62,977 bases of DNA from IMG/VR virus record IMGVR_UViG_3300022821_000003, positions 1 to 62,977 of that record; one strand, given 5' to 3'. The translations under genes and the position numbers were made by a program. The first letter of the stretch is position 1. Every line of letters starts with the position of its first letter. Below the pieces are notes generated by a model. It did not search any database, had not been told where the DNA came from, and saw only the letters and a list, made by a program, of their open reading frames with translations. This DNA comes from a virus (lineage: Duplodnaviria > Caudoviricetes). Of the stretch, positions 39,925-48,941 are shown one piece after another.

Positions 39925-40299
39925 CTATAGATAGTTACTTCCTTTTAATTCTTTCAAGATTTTAGCTATTGCTCTTGGTCCTTGTGCATTTAAAATCTTG
40001 TCTAGTTTGTCTGCAACGAAATCCTCTTCTGTTTCATACTTTTGATAGAAATCTAACTCTTCTTGAATCTCTTTAATTTCAGACTGTAATCTCTTGATTA
40101 GCTTTTTTCTATTCTCAAAGACGAATTCATCATTTGGATAAATACTGACGCTTCCACCCCTTTGGTCGTCGTTTGCTGAGAAACAACCACCACCATTGAT
40201 AGCTGAAACTCTTAACAGCCTCCCGACATAAGATGTTCCTCCGTGTAGAGATTTTTTTAAGATGATCTCATCACCTATAATAACTCTAGGATTTTTCAT
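39925..40299 (-). CDS. Hypothetical protein (SH3-like plus coiled coil)
   Basis: ORF with IGDEII start. Confidence 0.6.
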   Translation of the reverse strand: MKNPRVIIGDEIILKKSLHGGTSYVGRLLRVSAINGGGCFSANDDQRGGSVSIYPNDEFVFENRKKLIKRLQSEIKEIQEELDFYQKYETEEDFVADKLDKILNAQGPRAIAKILKELKGSNYL

Positions 40300-40765
40300 A
40301 GTTTATTTTAAATTAATAATAGTGACTTATTGTTTTATCTACAATATTATTTTATAATAGTTAATGATAATATTGTTACAAATGTAGCACAAAACAACGA
40401 CCTAGCAACACTCTTAGCGACACGAGTGGAATGAGGCTTGGTGACGTTTTGCACTGTAAAGTTTTTTTGATCGCCATCACATAGAGCAGTGGCGATATAG
40501 TTGTGTCTTTTCATCTCCTTTTGTTTCCTTAACAGCATGACTCACTACTGCAATAGGATTATTATATATATATGTTGCCTCAGATATACTACAATCTTGT
40601 TCATAGGCAATCTTTTTTATAGCATTTTTAATCATATTGATTAATCTTATTAAATAATTGTCAAGTTAAGCTAGATAGAAACTCATAGATACGAAGTTCA
40701 TAACAAGTGTCGTTTGTACGGACTTGAGATGGATTGCCTACCGATAGGTCATTTATATCTATTCT

Positions 40766-40794
40766 ATTATAACATAGTAAGAAAGTATTGTCAA
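40766..40794 (-). promoter_or_regulatory. Consensus sigma70 promoter TTGACA-17-TATAAT with extended -10
   Basis: Perfect consensus, enclosed by inverted repeat 40665-40678/40803-40816. Confidence 0.8.
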
Positions 40795-41131
40795 GCAATA
40801 TACTATCTAGCTTAACCCAACAATCATTATATTCGATGTTGGGCGAAAAACAAATATTTTAATACTAATATTCGGCAAAAAGAAGCTTGTCAATTAATAT
40901 TAAAATCCTTATTTTTTAGACATTGTGAACCATGCTTATCGGCTTGTTTTATTCATCCCAGCTTGCACGAGGATTCTGATGAAAAATTTAATGCGTTCAT
41001 CTTCTTTACGCAACCGATATATTAAATTGTGTCTAAACGAGCTGATGCTATAATCATTATAACGACATCTAATGTAACTCGATACATTTTCGCTATATCT
41101 AACATCTTTACTTTATTACGATATGCTGTTA

Positions 41132-41395
41132 TTATTTTATAATACATAATTTTGAGTCATATTCATGACATTGTTTATTATAATCTATTGATGAAAAAGG
41201 ATATGGTTCAATATGGTGCTCGTAACATCCAATCAACATTTTATTAGACCAGTAAATACCAGTAGGGCTACCCTTACTATAACTATCTATAGTAAAGATA
41301 TCTCCCACTTTAAAGCCATTATCTCTATTATAACTATTAGAACCTAATTCTGTTGTTGCGATAACTCTAACTGTTTGACCTATTTTATACTTCAT
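41132..41395 (-). CDS. YNxxC-tag protein (YNKQCHEYDS)
   Basis: MKYKIGQTVRV SH3-like start plus the shared tag. Confidence 0.7.
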   Translation of the reverse strand: MKYKIGQTVRVIATTELGSNSYNRDNGFKVGDIFTIDSYSKGSPTGIYWSNKMLIGCYEHHIEPYPFSSIDYNKQCHEYDSKLCIIK

Positions 41396-41434
41396 ATTGA
41401 TTTGATGTTAGCGACTTAAGTGGATTCTGTTAGT

Positions 41435-41644
41435 TTATATGGTTATATCAGCGATATACTTTATCCTGGGCTTTATAGCACCATCGTCAATCAATTCATT
41501 AATATGCCACTCTCCATTGATATTAAAGCAATCTGGTAGTGATTCAAGCTTTTTAATAGCATTCGCTTTAATGTTTTTAAGTCCTGATTCTGACTTAAAC
41601 TTCCAACATCTGAAATCACTTTTCTTAACTTCAAAATATTTCAT
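41435..41644 (-). CDS. Hypothetical protein
   Basis: ORF between two copies of the repeated motif. Confidence 0.55.
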   Translation of the reverse strand: MKYFEVKKSDFRCWKFKSESGLKNIKANAIKKLESLPDCFNINGEWHINELIDDGAIKPRIKYIADITI

Positions 41645-41727
41645 ATTGATTAATCTTTAATAATAAGGTTCGATATGATGTTTGCGACTTAAGTGGAATT
41701 TTCTTTCCAAAATAAAAAATACCCTGT

Positions 41728-42012
41728 TTAATGGGTATTTCTCATGATTTTAAATGGTGAATGAGTTCTGAAAGTTCCTCCTCTATCATAACATAGCTTG
41801 GGTATTTCTGCAAGTTCTTTTTTTAGTTCCTTGTCGCTCTTTTTGATTAATTCTTTTACTTGTTTTCTATTCTTTAAAATTAATAATATTGACTCCTTCT
41901 TTTTTTGGTCTTGTTTAGCTTTGCGGACTTTTAATTCTATTTCAACCTCGCTCCAGTTTTCAATCGTTCCGACTTTTATTTTAAAAAATAGTTTAGAAAA
42001 CTTGACAAACAT
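41728..42012 (-). CDS. Hypothetical basic protein
   Basis: ORF on the coding strand of the arm. Confidence 0.45.
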   Translation of the reverse strand: MFVKFSKLFFKIKVGTIENWSEVEIELKVRKAKQDQKKKESILLILKNRKQVKELIKKSDKELKKELAEIPKLCYDRGGTFRTHSPFKIMRNTH

Positions 42013-42073
42013 ATAGTTTTTTCTAACTTATTTTTTAATAAAAGAGGGGAGCATTTCACTCCCCTCAGTCCGT

Positions 42074-42442
42074 TTAACTAGCTTGACCCTTGTTAGCTAA
42101 AACTTGTGTAATAGCTATTTTGATGTCTTCCTCAGTCGGCTCCTCCGACTTCTCTACTGATGGGAGTTTTTCTTTTAATTCTGCTATTTTTTCTTTATTC
42201 GGCGTCATTACAAGGTCGAATCCCTCCTCTTTTTCAATCAGTCCCTCGCTGATAGCTTGCATTATGGTCGTTTTAATGCCTCCCTTGTCGGACTCCCTCT
42301 TATTTTTGACTACAGTTGCACTCCTCCATATTCTAGCTAATAGCGTACTTTTGATGAAGTCTTTACTAAACTCCTCCCCTTGAATTTTTAATGGTTCCAC
42401 TCCCTCAAATGTTACCATCTCTCTCAATTGAGTCTTATTCAT
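42074..42442 (-). CDS. Hypothetical immediate-early protein
   Basis: First ORF after the leftward promoter; followed by a hairpin at 42045-42066. Confidence 0.6.
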   Translation of the reverse strand: MNKTQLREMVTFEGVEPLKIQGEEFSKDFIKSTLLARIWRSATVVKNKRESDKGGIKTTIMQAISEGLIEKEEGFDLVMTPNKEKIAELKEKLPSVEKSEEPTEEDIKIAITQVLANKGQAS

Positions 42443-42542
42443 ACTTTTTGTTACTACTTACTAAAACTTTTAAAAACTTCTAGCAAGTAATTATGTTATA
42501 ATATTTATTAATATTTTTTAGGTTTTTCTTTAACCTGTAACT

Positions 42543-42571
42543 AGTATAGCATAAATTTTAAATAATAGCAA
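42543..42571 (-). promoter_or_regulatory. Leftward sigma70 promoter TTGCTA-17-TATACT with extended -10
   Basis: Near-consensus match at the head of the early arm. Confidence 0.65.
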
Positions 42572-42649
42572 GCACCCTATAAAACGGCTATAACTTAAAA
42601 CCTTTCACCCCGTTTATATTCAACCATTACATTATACTAGCTATTTTAT

Positions 42650-42738
42650 AGGGTAGTTTTTAAGGGAAGTATTACAGGGGAGTATTATAGGGAAGTATTA
42701 CAGGGGAGTCCTGCTATTTTGGGGGAGTCCTGCTATTC
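42650..42738. repeat. 13-bp tandem repeats (AGGGRAGTATTAY) and GGGGAGTCCTGCTATT duplicates; candidate origin or packaging region
   Basis: Units at 42650 (degenerate), 42663, 42676, 42689 and 42702 (partial) in the non-coding gap between divergent arms. Confidence 0.6.
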
Positions 42739-43184
42739 TGTATACAGACACCCCTCCCCCCTCCCCCCTATTAATAGGGATTAAAAGGCTTGCACTAGAC
42801 TGTACCCGTACTTTACGCAAGCGACTGGGGGGTCGTGAATCCCAATCACATGGATGAGGGGGTGGTGGTTTATATATAATATGTAAACATAGACACACCC
42901 CCAAGATAAAAACACATAAAGGTAAAAGATAGAATCGCTAATGTTAGCCAAAGAGGATCTAGCTCTAGGATTCCCCGTGATAAAAGAGTTGCTATGCTAA
43001 TATTAGCCAAGGACGGGGGGTGTTTCTGAGAAAAAGTCTAAAAAGAGCAAAAAAACATCTAATTTCCATAAAAAAATAGCTGTCAAATTTTAAAAACAGA
43101 AAACTTTTTGAAGTTTCAGAAATATTTATTTTAGGGGGTCTTTTATTTACCTAATACTAGCTAAGAATCAGGGGTCAAAAAGAC

Positions 43185-43214
43185 TTGACAGAATCGATCA
43201 AAAGATGCTATACT
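43185..43214 (+). promoter_or_regulatory. Rightward sigma70 promoter TTGACA-18-TATACT with extended -10
   Basis: Consensus match upstream of the terminase. Confidence 0.7.
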
Positions 43215-43347
43215 TAGAGTATAGGGTAAGATAATTGTTTTATAGGATATCACAGGTAAAAGCCTAAGAATATCAATGCGTGGAATATAGATTATCTTAA
43301 TAGCTTGAGTGAGACTCATATGTTAAAAGCCACGCTTACAAACTAAT

Positions 43348-43812
43348 ATGAAAAAGATAACAAAGAACATGGCAGACTTCTCAGAGGAGTATGTCAAGAA
43401 CGGATACAATGGGACAAAGGCATATGGAACTGCATATGGACAAACTAATAAACAAATATGTGCATCAGAAGCATATAAACTATTACGAGACCAAAGAATC
43501 ATAGATGAAATAGAAGTAGTCGAAGGAAGCTTCAGAATACTAGGGCAAATGGCAGGAATAGATAAAGGTGCAATTGTAAGAGCATTAAAGGAAATGCTGC
43601 TAGCAATGAAACCAGACAAGAATGGTGATGATATACCAGATTATACTGCTCGTAAGGACGCTATTACCTTATTTGGTAAGCTTACTGGCGATTTCAAGGA
43701 AAGAAAGGAAATAGAGATTTCAAATAAAGAAGATTTATCAGATATTGACCCAACCAAACTATCGAAAGAGGAGATAGATATGTTGGAGAAAGATCTAATA
43801 GATGAGTTATAA
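43348..43812 (+). CDS. terS: Terminase small subunit
   Basis: FSEEYVKNGYNGTKAYGTAY...ASEAYKLLR HTH pattern; directly upstream of TerL. Confidence 0.8.
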   Translation: MKKITKNMADFSEEYVKNGYNGTKAYGTAYGQTNKQICASEAYKLLRDQRIIDEIEVVEGSFRILGQMAGIDKGAIVRALKEMLLAMKPDKNGDDIPDYTARKDAITLFGKLTGDFKERKEIEISNKEDLSDIDPTKLSKEEIDMLEKDLIDEL

Positions 43813-44510
43813 TGAAAAGTGTAGAATATTTACAAAAATTAGCTAAGAGTCCTGAACTTAGGAACTTAGAATGGGCGAAGTGTCATGAAGACCCGTATTA
43901 TTGGCTAACAAACTGGGCATTCACATTAGATGTCCACGACCCCAAGAATCCACAAAAGCCCTTTCCTGACAAAGAATATCTAAGAATTATTGTAGATAAA
44001 TGGTTAGAACATAAAATCCTATTATTTCCTAAATCTCGTCAAATGATGATGAGTTGGGTCTTTACAGGATTATACTTATGGGATACACAGTTCCATTATG
44101 GTAAGCTAACATTCTTTCAATCAAAGAAAGCAGATGATGCTAATGATTTGGTTAAAAGAGCAAAGCTTATTTGGGACAATGAACCATCGTTCCTTAAAAG
44201 ATATTATAAACGTGGAGAATTCCACAAATTGAACTGTAACCCACAGAATCAAGGAAATCACGTATATTCATTACTAACCTTTCCTGACATCAAGTCAGAA
44301 ATAAGGGGAGTTCCTGAAGGTGGAGATGTTGTTAGGATGCATACATTATCTGGAATGCTTTCAGATGAGTCTGCTTTTCAACCAGAAATGGCAAGTGCTT
44401 TTACAGCACTAAAGCCAACACTCAGTTCTGGTGGAAGACTGACATGCGTCAGCACAGCAAACGACAACACTTGGTTTGAGGAAGCAGTCTTCGATTTATT
44501 AAAAATGTAA
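43812..44510 (+). CDS. terL: Terminase large subunit, ATPase half
   Basis: KSRQMMMSW (Walker A variant), MLSDESAF (Walker B) and VSTAN coupling motif. Confidence 0.8.
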   Translation: MKSVEYLQKLAKSPELRNLEWAKCHEDPYYWLTNWAFTLDVHDPKNPQKPFPDKEYLRIIVDKWLEHKILLFPKSRQMMMSWVFTGLYLWDTQFHYGKLTFFQSKKADDANDLVKRAKLIWDNEPSFLKRYYKRGEFHKLNCNPQNQGNHVYSLLTFPDIKSEIRGVPEGGDVVRMHTLSGMLSDESAFQPEMASAFTALKPTLSSGGRLTCVSTANDNTWFEEAVFDLLKM

Positions 44511-44514
44511 AGAT

Positions 44515-44700
44515 ATGGAAAAGAATAGATTATATTTCTTTAAATATTATCAGACAAGTAATTTAAAGATGATATTACTATTTATAAGGATAATATTTAA
44601 ACTAGCGACAGGGAGGAAAATAGTATATGTAACAAATCATGGAGAAAACAAGGAGGCACAATTAAACATTTATATAGGAAACAGTAATAAGCAAGAATAG
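44515..44700 (+). CDS. Small hypothetical protein between the TerL halves
   Basis: 61-aa ORF filling the gap. Confidence 0.5.
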   Translation: MEKNRLYFFKYYQTSNLKMILLFIRIIFKLATGRKIVYVTNHGENKEAQLNIYIGNSNKQE

Positions 44701-44701
44701 T

Positions 44702-46219
44702 ATGTACGACGACACAGACAAACCAGAAATATCAGAAGGAATTAAATTCTGGAAGAATCCAAAGAATGGTTTTCACGTATTGATGCTCCACTACACGGCT
44801 GACGAATCTAAAAATCCAAAGACTACTGAAGGAGCAAAATGGTATGAAGCAGAGAGAGAAGGTTCACCTAAAGCAGTTTGGAATAAAGAATACGAAATTG
44901 ACTTCACAACTAAAGCTGGTCAATTAGTATATGGTCCAGAGTTTTGTGACTTTAAACCAAGCATACACCTAGTCGATTCATTCGAACTAGGAGATGTAGA
45001 ATTATTTATAGGGATGGACTTTGGACAGAGGAACCCTAACTGTGCTCTAGTAGGAGCAATAACAAGAGATAAGAAAGTTTATATAATAGATGAGTATTAT
45101 AACCCAGCGATACCAAGTGTAGCAAGTAAGGAAATGTTCGACAAATTTGGTTATTTAATTTCTGGGTATAGAGACAACTTATCAATAGGACAAAAGAAAA
45201 TTCTAGCAGACAACACATTTCAAGTGAAAGTCATCGATCCATCGACAGCAAGCAAGAATAGAACAAAAATAATAGAAGGAGAAGAAGTACCATATTCAGT
45301 CATAGAGGATTTCGATGACAATGGATGGGAATTCGAACCAGCAACGAACGACTTTGTAGCTGGAGTAACAAGAGTAAGGGAATATATGAGGATAGACGGT
45401 TTACTAAACTCACACTTATATATATTTAAAGATAAGTGTCCTAAACTCTGTTGGGAATTACAACACTATCGTTATAAAGAGAATACAGAAGCGACAGATA
45501 GACAGAATAATGAACCAGAGAAACCAGTAAAGAAGGATGATCATTGCCTAGCTGGAGATTCAATTATAAATACAGTTAACGGAGATTTTAAAATAAAAGA
45601 CCTTGTTGGCAAAAGTGGATATGTTTATTCATATAGCAATGAACTAAAAAGAGTCCAAGTCAATAGATATGACAACGTTAGGCAGACAAAAGTAGCTGAG
45701 ACATTAAAAATAACCCTAGATGACGATTCAGAAATAGTTTGTACATATGACCATCCTATAATGATTAGGAGCGGAGAATATAGATTAGCTGGAGAATTAA
45801 AAGCAGGAGATAGCTTAATGCCAGTTTATCAAACGATTGACTCACACGGGCATACAAGAATAAACCTAAATAATGGAGATAGTATGTTCGCACACAGAGT
45901 TAATAAATATAGAAAGAAGAAATATTGTGAAGAGGGATGCAGAGCAATCGGTTTCTCAAGAAACAAAAAAGAGTGGAATCATAAAATCAAGAAGATAGAG
46001 AAAGGTGAGGTTATACCAGTATATAATATGCACGTAGATAGGGTTAATAACTTTTCTTGTAATGGAATTATAGTTCACAATTCTATGGACGCACTTAGAT
46101 ATTTGATAATGACCAGACCAAATAAACCAGAAGAAGCGCCTACAGCAAGAACAAAAGTTCAAAGAGATTTAGATCAATTAATACGACCTAAAATCCTATC
46201 AGGGTTTGATGTCGACTAA
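44702..46219 (+). CDS. terL: Terminase large subunit, nuclease half, intein-containing
   Basis: EYEIDF, GMDFGQRNP, IDEYY, IDPS and DDH|SMDALRY motifs. Confidence 0.85.
   Translation: MYDDTDKPEISEGIKFWKNPKNGFHVLMLHYTADESKNPKTTEGAKWYEAEREGSPKAVWNKEYEIDFTTKAGQLVYGPEFCDFKPSIHLVDSFELGDVELFIGMDFGQRNPNCALVGAITRDKKVYIIDEYYNPAIPSVASKEMFDKFGYLISGYRDNLSIGQKKILADNTFQVKVIDPSTASKNRTKIIEGEEVPYSVIEDFDDNGWEFEPATNDFVAGVTRVREYMRIDGLLNSHLYIFKDKCPKLCWELQHYRYKENTEATDRQNNEPEKPVKKDDHCLAGDSIINTVNGDFKIKDLVGKSGYVYSYSNELKRVQVNRYDNVRQTKVAETLKITLDDDSEIVCTYDHPIMIRSGEYRLAGELKAGDSLMPVYQTIDSHGHTRINLNNGDSMFAHRVNKYRKKKYCEEGCRAIGFSRNKKEWNHKIKKIEKGEVIPVYNMHVDRVNNFSCNGIIVHNSMDALRYLIMTRPNKPEEAPTARTKVQRDLDQLIRPKILSGFDVD
45545..46081 (+). 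mobile_element. Mini-intein (179 aa) in the TerL nuclease motif
   Basis: Starts CLAGDS, has block B CTYDH, ends IIVHN followed by Ser. Confidence 0.9.
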
Positions 46220-46225
46220 AAAAGT

Positions 46226-46537
46226 ATGAATGAGAAAACAACAAGTAGCACAATGTGTAAGGAACAAATAGAAAGAACACCTAGTGTTGAGAGAGGATCA
46301 TCGATAGTAGATGGACTAGAGTATAATAACAAAAATCTTGGTAGATTATGCGATGCAATAAATGTCTTAGAAAGTAGATTATCAGATATATTGCTAGATC
46401 CATGTCCGCAAGATTTATTAGGAGAGGGTAAAGACAGAGAGATGTCTCAGGTTGGAAGAACATTAAGTTCAGTCAACATAGAAATAGAAAACCAAGTAGA
46501 AAGATTAATAGCAATATCGCAAAGAATAGATTTATAA
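46226..46537 (+). CDS. Hypothetical coiled-coil protein
   Basis: ORF in operon. Confidence 0.55.
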   Translation: MNEKTTSSTMCKEQIERTPSVERGSSIVDGLEYNNKNLGRLCDAINVLESRLSDILLDPCPQDLLGEGKDREMSQVGRTLSSVNIEIENQVERLIAISQRIDL

Positions 46538-46552
46538 ATTAAATAAAAGCGT

Positions 46553-46753
46553 ATGACATTTGAAGAAAGAAAAGAAAAGTTACAAAAGGATTTAGAAGAA
46601 ACTTGTAATGAGTTAGAACTAAACATTTACGCAGCTAACGCTGTATTACCAAATGGTGAAGTTATTCCTATAATGAAAGTTAAGGATATGAAACCAGAGG
46701 AAGAAGTTAAAGAATTAAAAGAAGAAAAAGATGGAGATAAAACTAAAAAGTAA
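46553..46753 (+). CDS. Hypothetical protein
   Basis: ORF in operon. Confidence 0.55.
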   Translation: MTFEERKEKLQKDLEETCNELELNIYAANAVLPNGEVIPIMKVKDMKPEEEVKELKEEKDGDKTKK

Positions 46754-46982
46754 TTTACTTTTAATTAAAAAACATAAGAATTCTCAACTGTCTGTAGATA
46801 TGGCAGTAGAGGATAACGATGGAGACAAGGGTTTAATAACAGGGGAAGTATTAGAAGGAGAAGGCAAAGGAGACACAGTCATCTTCGGTCGATATTCGCT
46901 CCTAACGTTCACCTTACAAGGTGAAGATTATAATGTATTAGATAAGGATGATGTTCTAGGAATATGCTCCTATCGAGAATAA
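46731..46982 (+). CDS. groES: Co-chaperonin GroES-like
   Basis: GEVL...GDTVIFGRYS...GEDYNVLDKDDVLG; near groEL. Confidence 0.75.
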   Translation: MEIKLKSNLLLIKKHKNSQLSVDMAVEDNDGDKGLITGEVLEGEGKGDTVIFGRYSLLTFTLQGEDYNVLDKDDVLGICSYRE

Positions 46983-47357
46983 AACTATGAAGAATAAAAA
47001 GGTATATCCACCAATGAAAACAATCTTTTCAAAAACTAAAGTAGGAATACAAGCATGGCATCTTATAGATGGTGAATGGGTAAACATAGGACAGTTATTT
47101 GAAAATGGAACAGTTAAGTATTATACTAATGGTGAATTAGAAGGAGAAAGAGAATTAATAAAATAAATATGAATGTTAAGAAAATGTATTTCTTTAATCC
47201 AGATATCGAATCATATCAAATAATATTTTTAATGATTAGAATGATTGGGTGTTTATTAATAGGACAAAGAATATTAGCAATTAGTACAAATGAATTAACA
47301 AATGGTAAGAAGGAAGATGAGAATCAAGTCAGATTCTATTTTCACAGAGAATAAAAT

Positions 47358-48941
47358 ATGTATAAAGAAATAAAATTTAACAACGACGCAAGAGTAAAGA
47401 TTTTAGAAGGAGTTAATATCGTCGCAGATGCTGTCGCAACAACTTTAGGTCCAAGAGGAAATACTGTGATATTCGAGGAGAGTCTTTATCCGACAATAAC
47501 AAAGGACGGCGTAACGGTTAGTCAGCAAATCTTATTAGAAGATAAATTCCAAAGTATGGGGGCTATGATGGCAAGAGAGGCAGCAGAAAACACAAATAGA
47601 GAAGCAGGAGATGGAACAACTTCAACAGTAGTTCTACTAAGAGGAATTGCAAACGAAGGACACAAATATATTACAGCTGGAATGAATCCTATACTTATTA
47701 AAAGGGGTATGGATGAAGCATTAATACAGGCTATCGATATTATAGATGGAAATAAAAAAGAAGTAACCTCTATAGATGAGAGAGTGCAGATTGCAACAAT
47801 CTCTGCAAACAATGATCCAGAAATTGGTCAAATGATTGCAGATGTTATAGAGGAAACAGGAACTAATGGTATTGTTACTGTAACAAATTCTAACTCAATG
47901 GAAACAGAAGTTGAATATGTTAAAGGAACAAAATTGGATAGAGGATATTCATCACATATGTTCATAACAAATAGAAAAAGACTTTCAGCAGAAATGGCTA
48001 ACCCAATAATTATTCTTACTACAGATAAGATTAATATGGAGAGTCAATTAATTAAAATTCTACAAAGCCTACTTGAAGCAGGTAAAAGAGAATTTATTCT
48101 AGTAGGTGGGACAGTAGAAGGACCAGCATTAGCATTTCTTACACAGAATCATTTACTTGGTAAGTTCACATGTATACCAGTGAGTATGCCTTCATTTGGA
48201 GATTACCAAAGAGACTTATTTTATGACTTGGCTGCATTAACAGGAGCAACTGTTCTTGGAGAAGAGGAGTCTACAAAGTTGAAAGATGGTAAACTATCTG
48301 ATTGTGGAATAGCAGAGAATGTAATTGTAACAAGAGATTCTACTATATTTACTGGAGCTAATGGAGATATAAAAACAAGAGTAGATGAAGTGAAAGCATT
48401 AATATCCAAATATAAAGATTTATTCATAATAGAACAATTAAAAAAACGTTTAGGCAGATTAAATGGATCTATTGCTAATATTAAAGTAGGTGGTTCATCA
48501 GAGACAGAACAGACTGAAAAGAAGTATAGAATAGAAGACGCATTAAATTCTACCAAATCTGCTGTAGAAGATGGCATTATTGAAGGTGGAGGAACAGCAT
48601 TGCTGAAAGCATCTTCATCAATGTTAATGGATAATGATATAAGCGAAGAACAAAAAGCTGGATGGAAAATTGTAGTAGCATCGATGGAGCTTCCATGTAA
48701 ACAGATCATGGAGAATTCAGGTTTACCAGCAGATGCAATTATCGCAAAGATTAAAGAAGATGGAATAGGTTATAATGCACTAACTAATAAATATGAAGAT
48801 TTATATGAGAGTGGAGTTATAGACCCAGTAAGATGTGTTAAAAAAGAATTATCTAACGCAGTTGCAACAGCAGGAACACTTTTGACATCCTCAGTCGCAA
48901 TCGCACTAAAGCCAAATGATAGAAGCAGTATTAGCAATTAG
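47358..48941 (+). CDS. groEL: Chaperonin GroEL
   Basis: TTLGPRG, ITKDGVTV, AGDGTTS, ATISAN and GVIDP motifs; no GGM tail. Confidence 0.95.
   Translation: MYKEIKFNNDARVKILEGVNIVADAVATTLGPRGNTVIFEESLYPTITKDGVTVSQQILLEDKFQSMGAMMAREAAENTNREAGDGTTSTVVLLRGIANEGHKYITAGMNPILIKRGMDEALIQAIDIIDGNKKEVTSIDERVQIATISANNDPEIGQMIADVIEETGTNGIVTVTNSNSMETEVEYVKGTKLDRGYSSHMFITNRKRLSAEMANPIIILTTDKINMESQLIKILQSLLEAGKREFILVGGTVEGPALAFLTQNHLLGKFTCIPVSMPSFGDYQRDLFYDLAALTGATVLGEEESTKLKDGKLSDCGIAENVIVTRDSTIFTGANGDIKTRVDEVKALISKYKDLFIIEQLKKRLGRLNGSIANIKVGGSSETEQTEKKYRIEDALNSTKSAVEDGIIEGGGTALLKASSSMLMDNDISEEQKAGWKIVVASMELPCKQIMENSGLPADAIIAKIKEDGIGYNALTNKYEDLYESGVIDPVRCVKKELSNAVATAGTLLTSSVAIALKPNDRSSISN

Noticed and set aside
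22362-41697. Repeated 14-bp motif as a CRISPR array
   Set aside because: Copies are short, irregularly spaced and separated by whole genes; there is no cas operon.
18027-42500. Alternative genetic code (stop codon reassignment)
   Set aside because: Known-family genes are full length in code 11, and no suppressor tRNA was seen.
42698-42904. 68-aa ORF in the control region
   Set aside because: Low-complexity translation of G/C tracts; likely non-coding.
44511-44701. Intron joining the TerL halves
   Set aside because: No group I or II hallmarks are visible, and the gap is filled by a small ORF.
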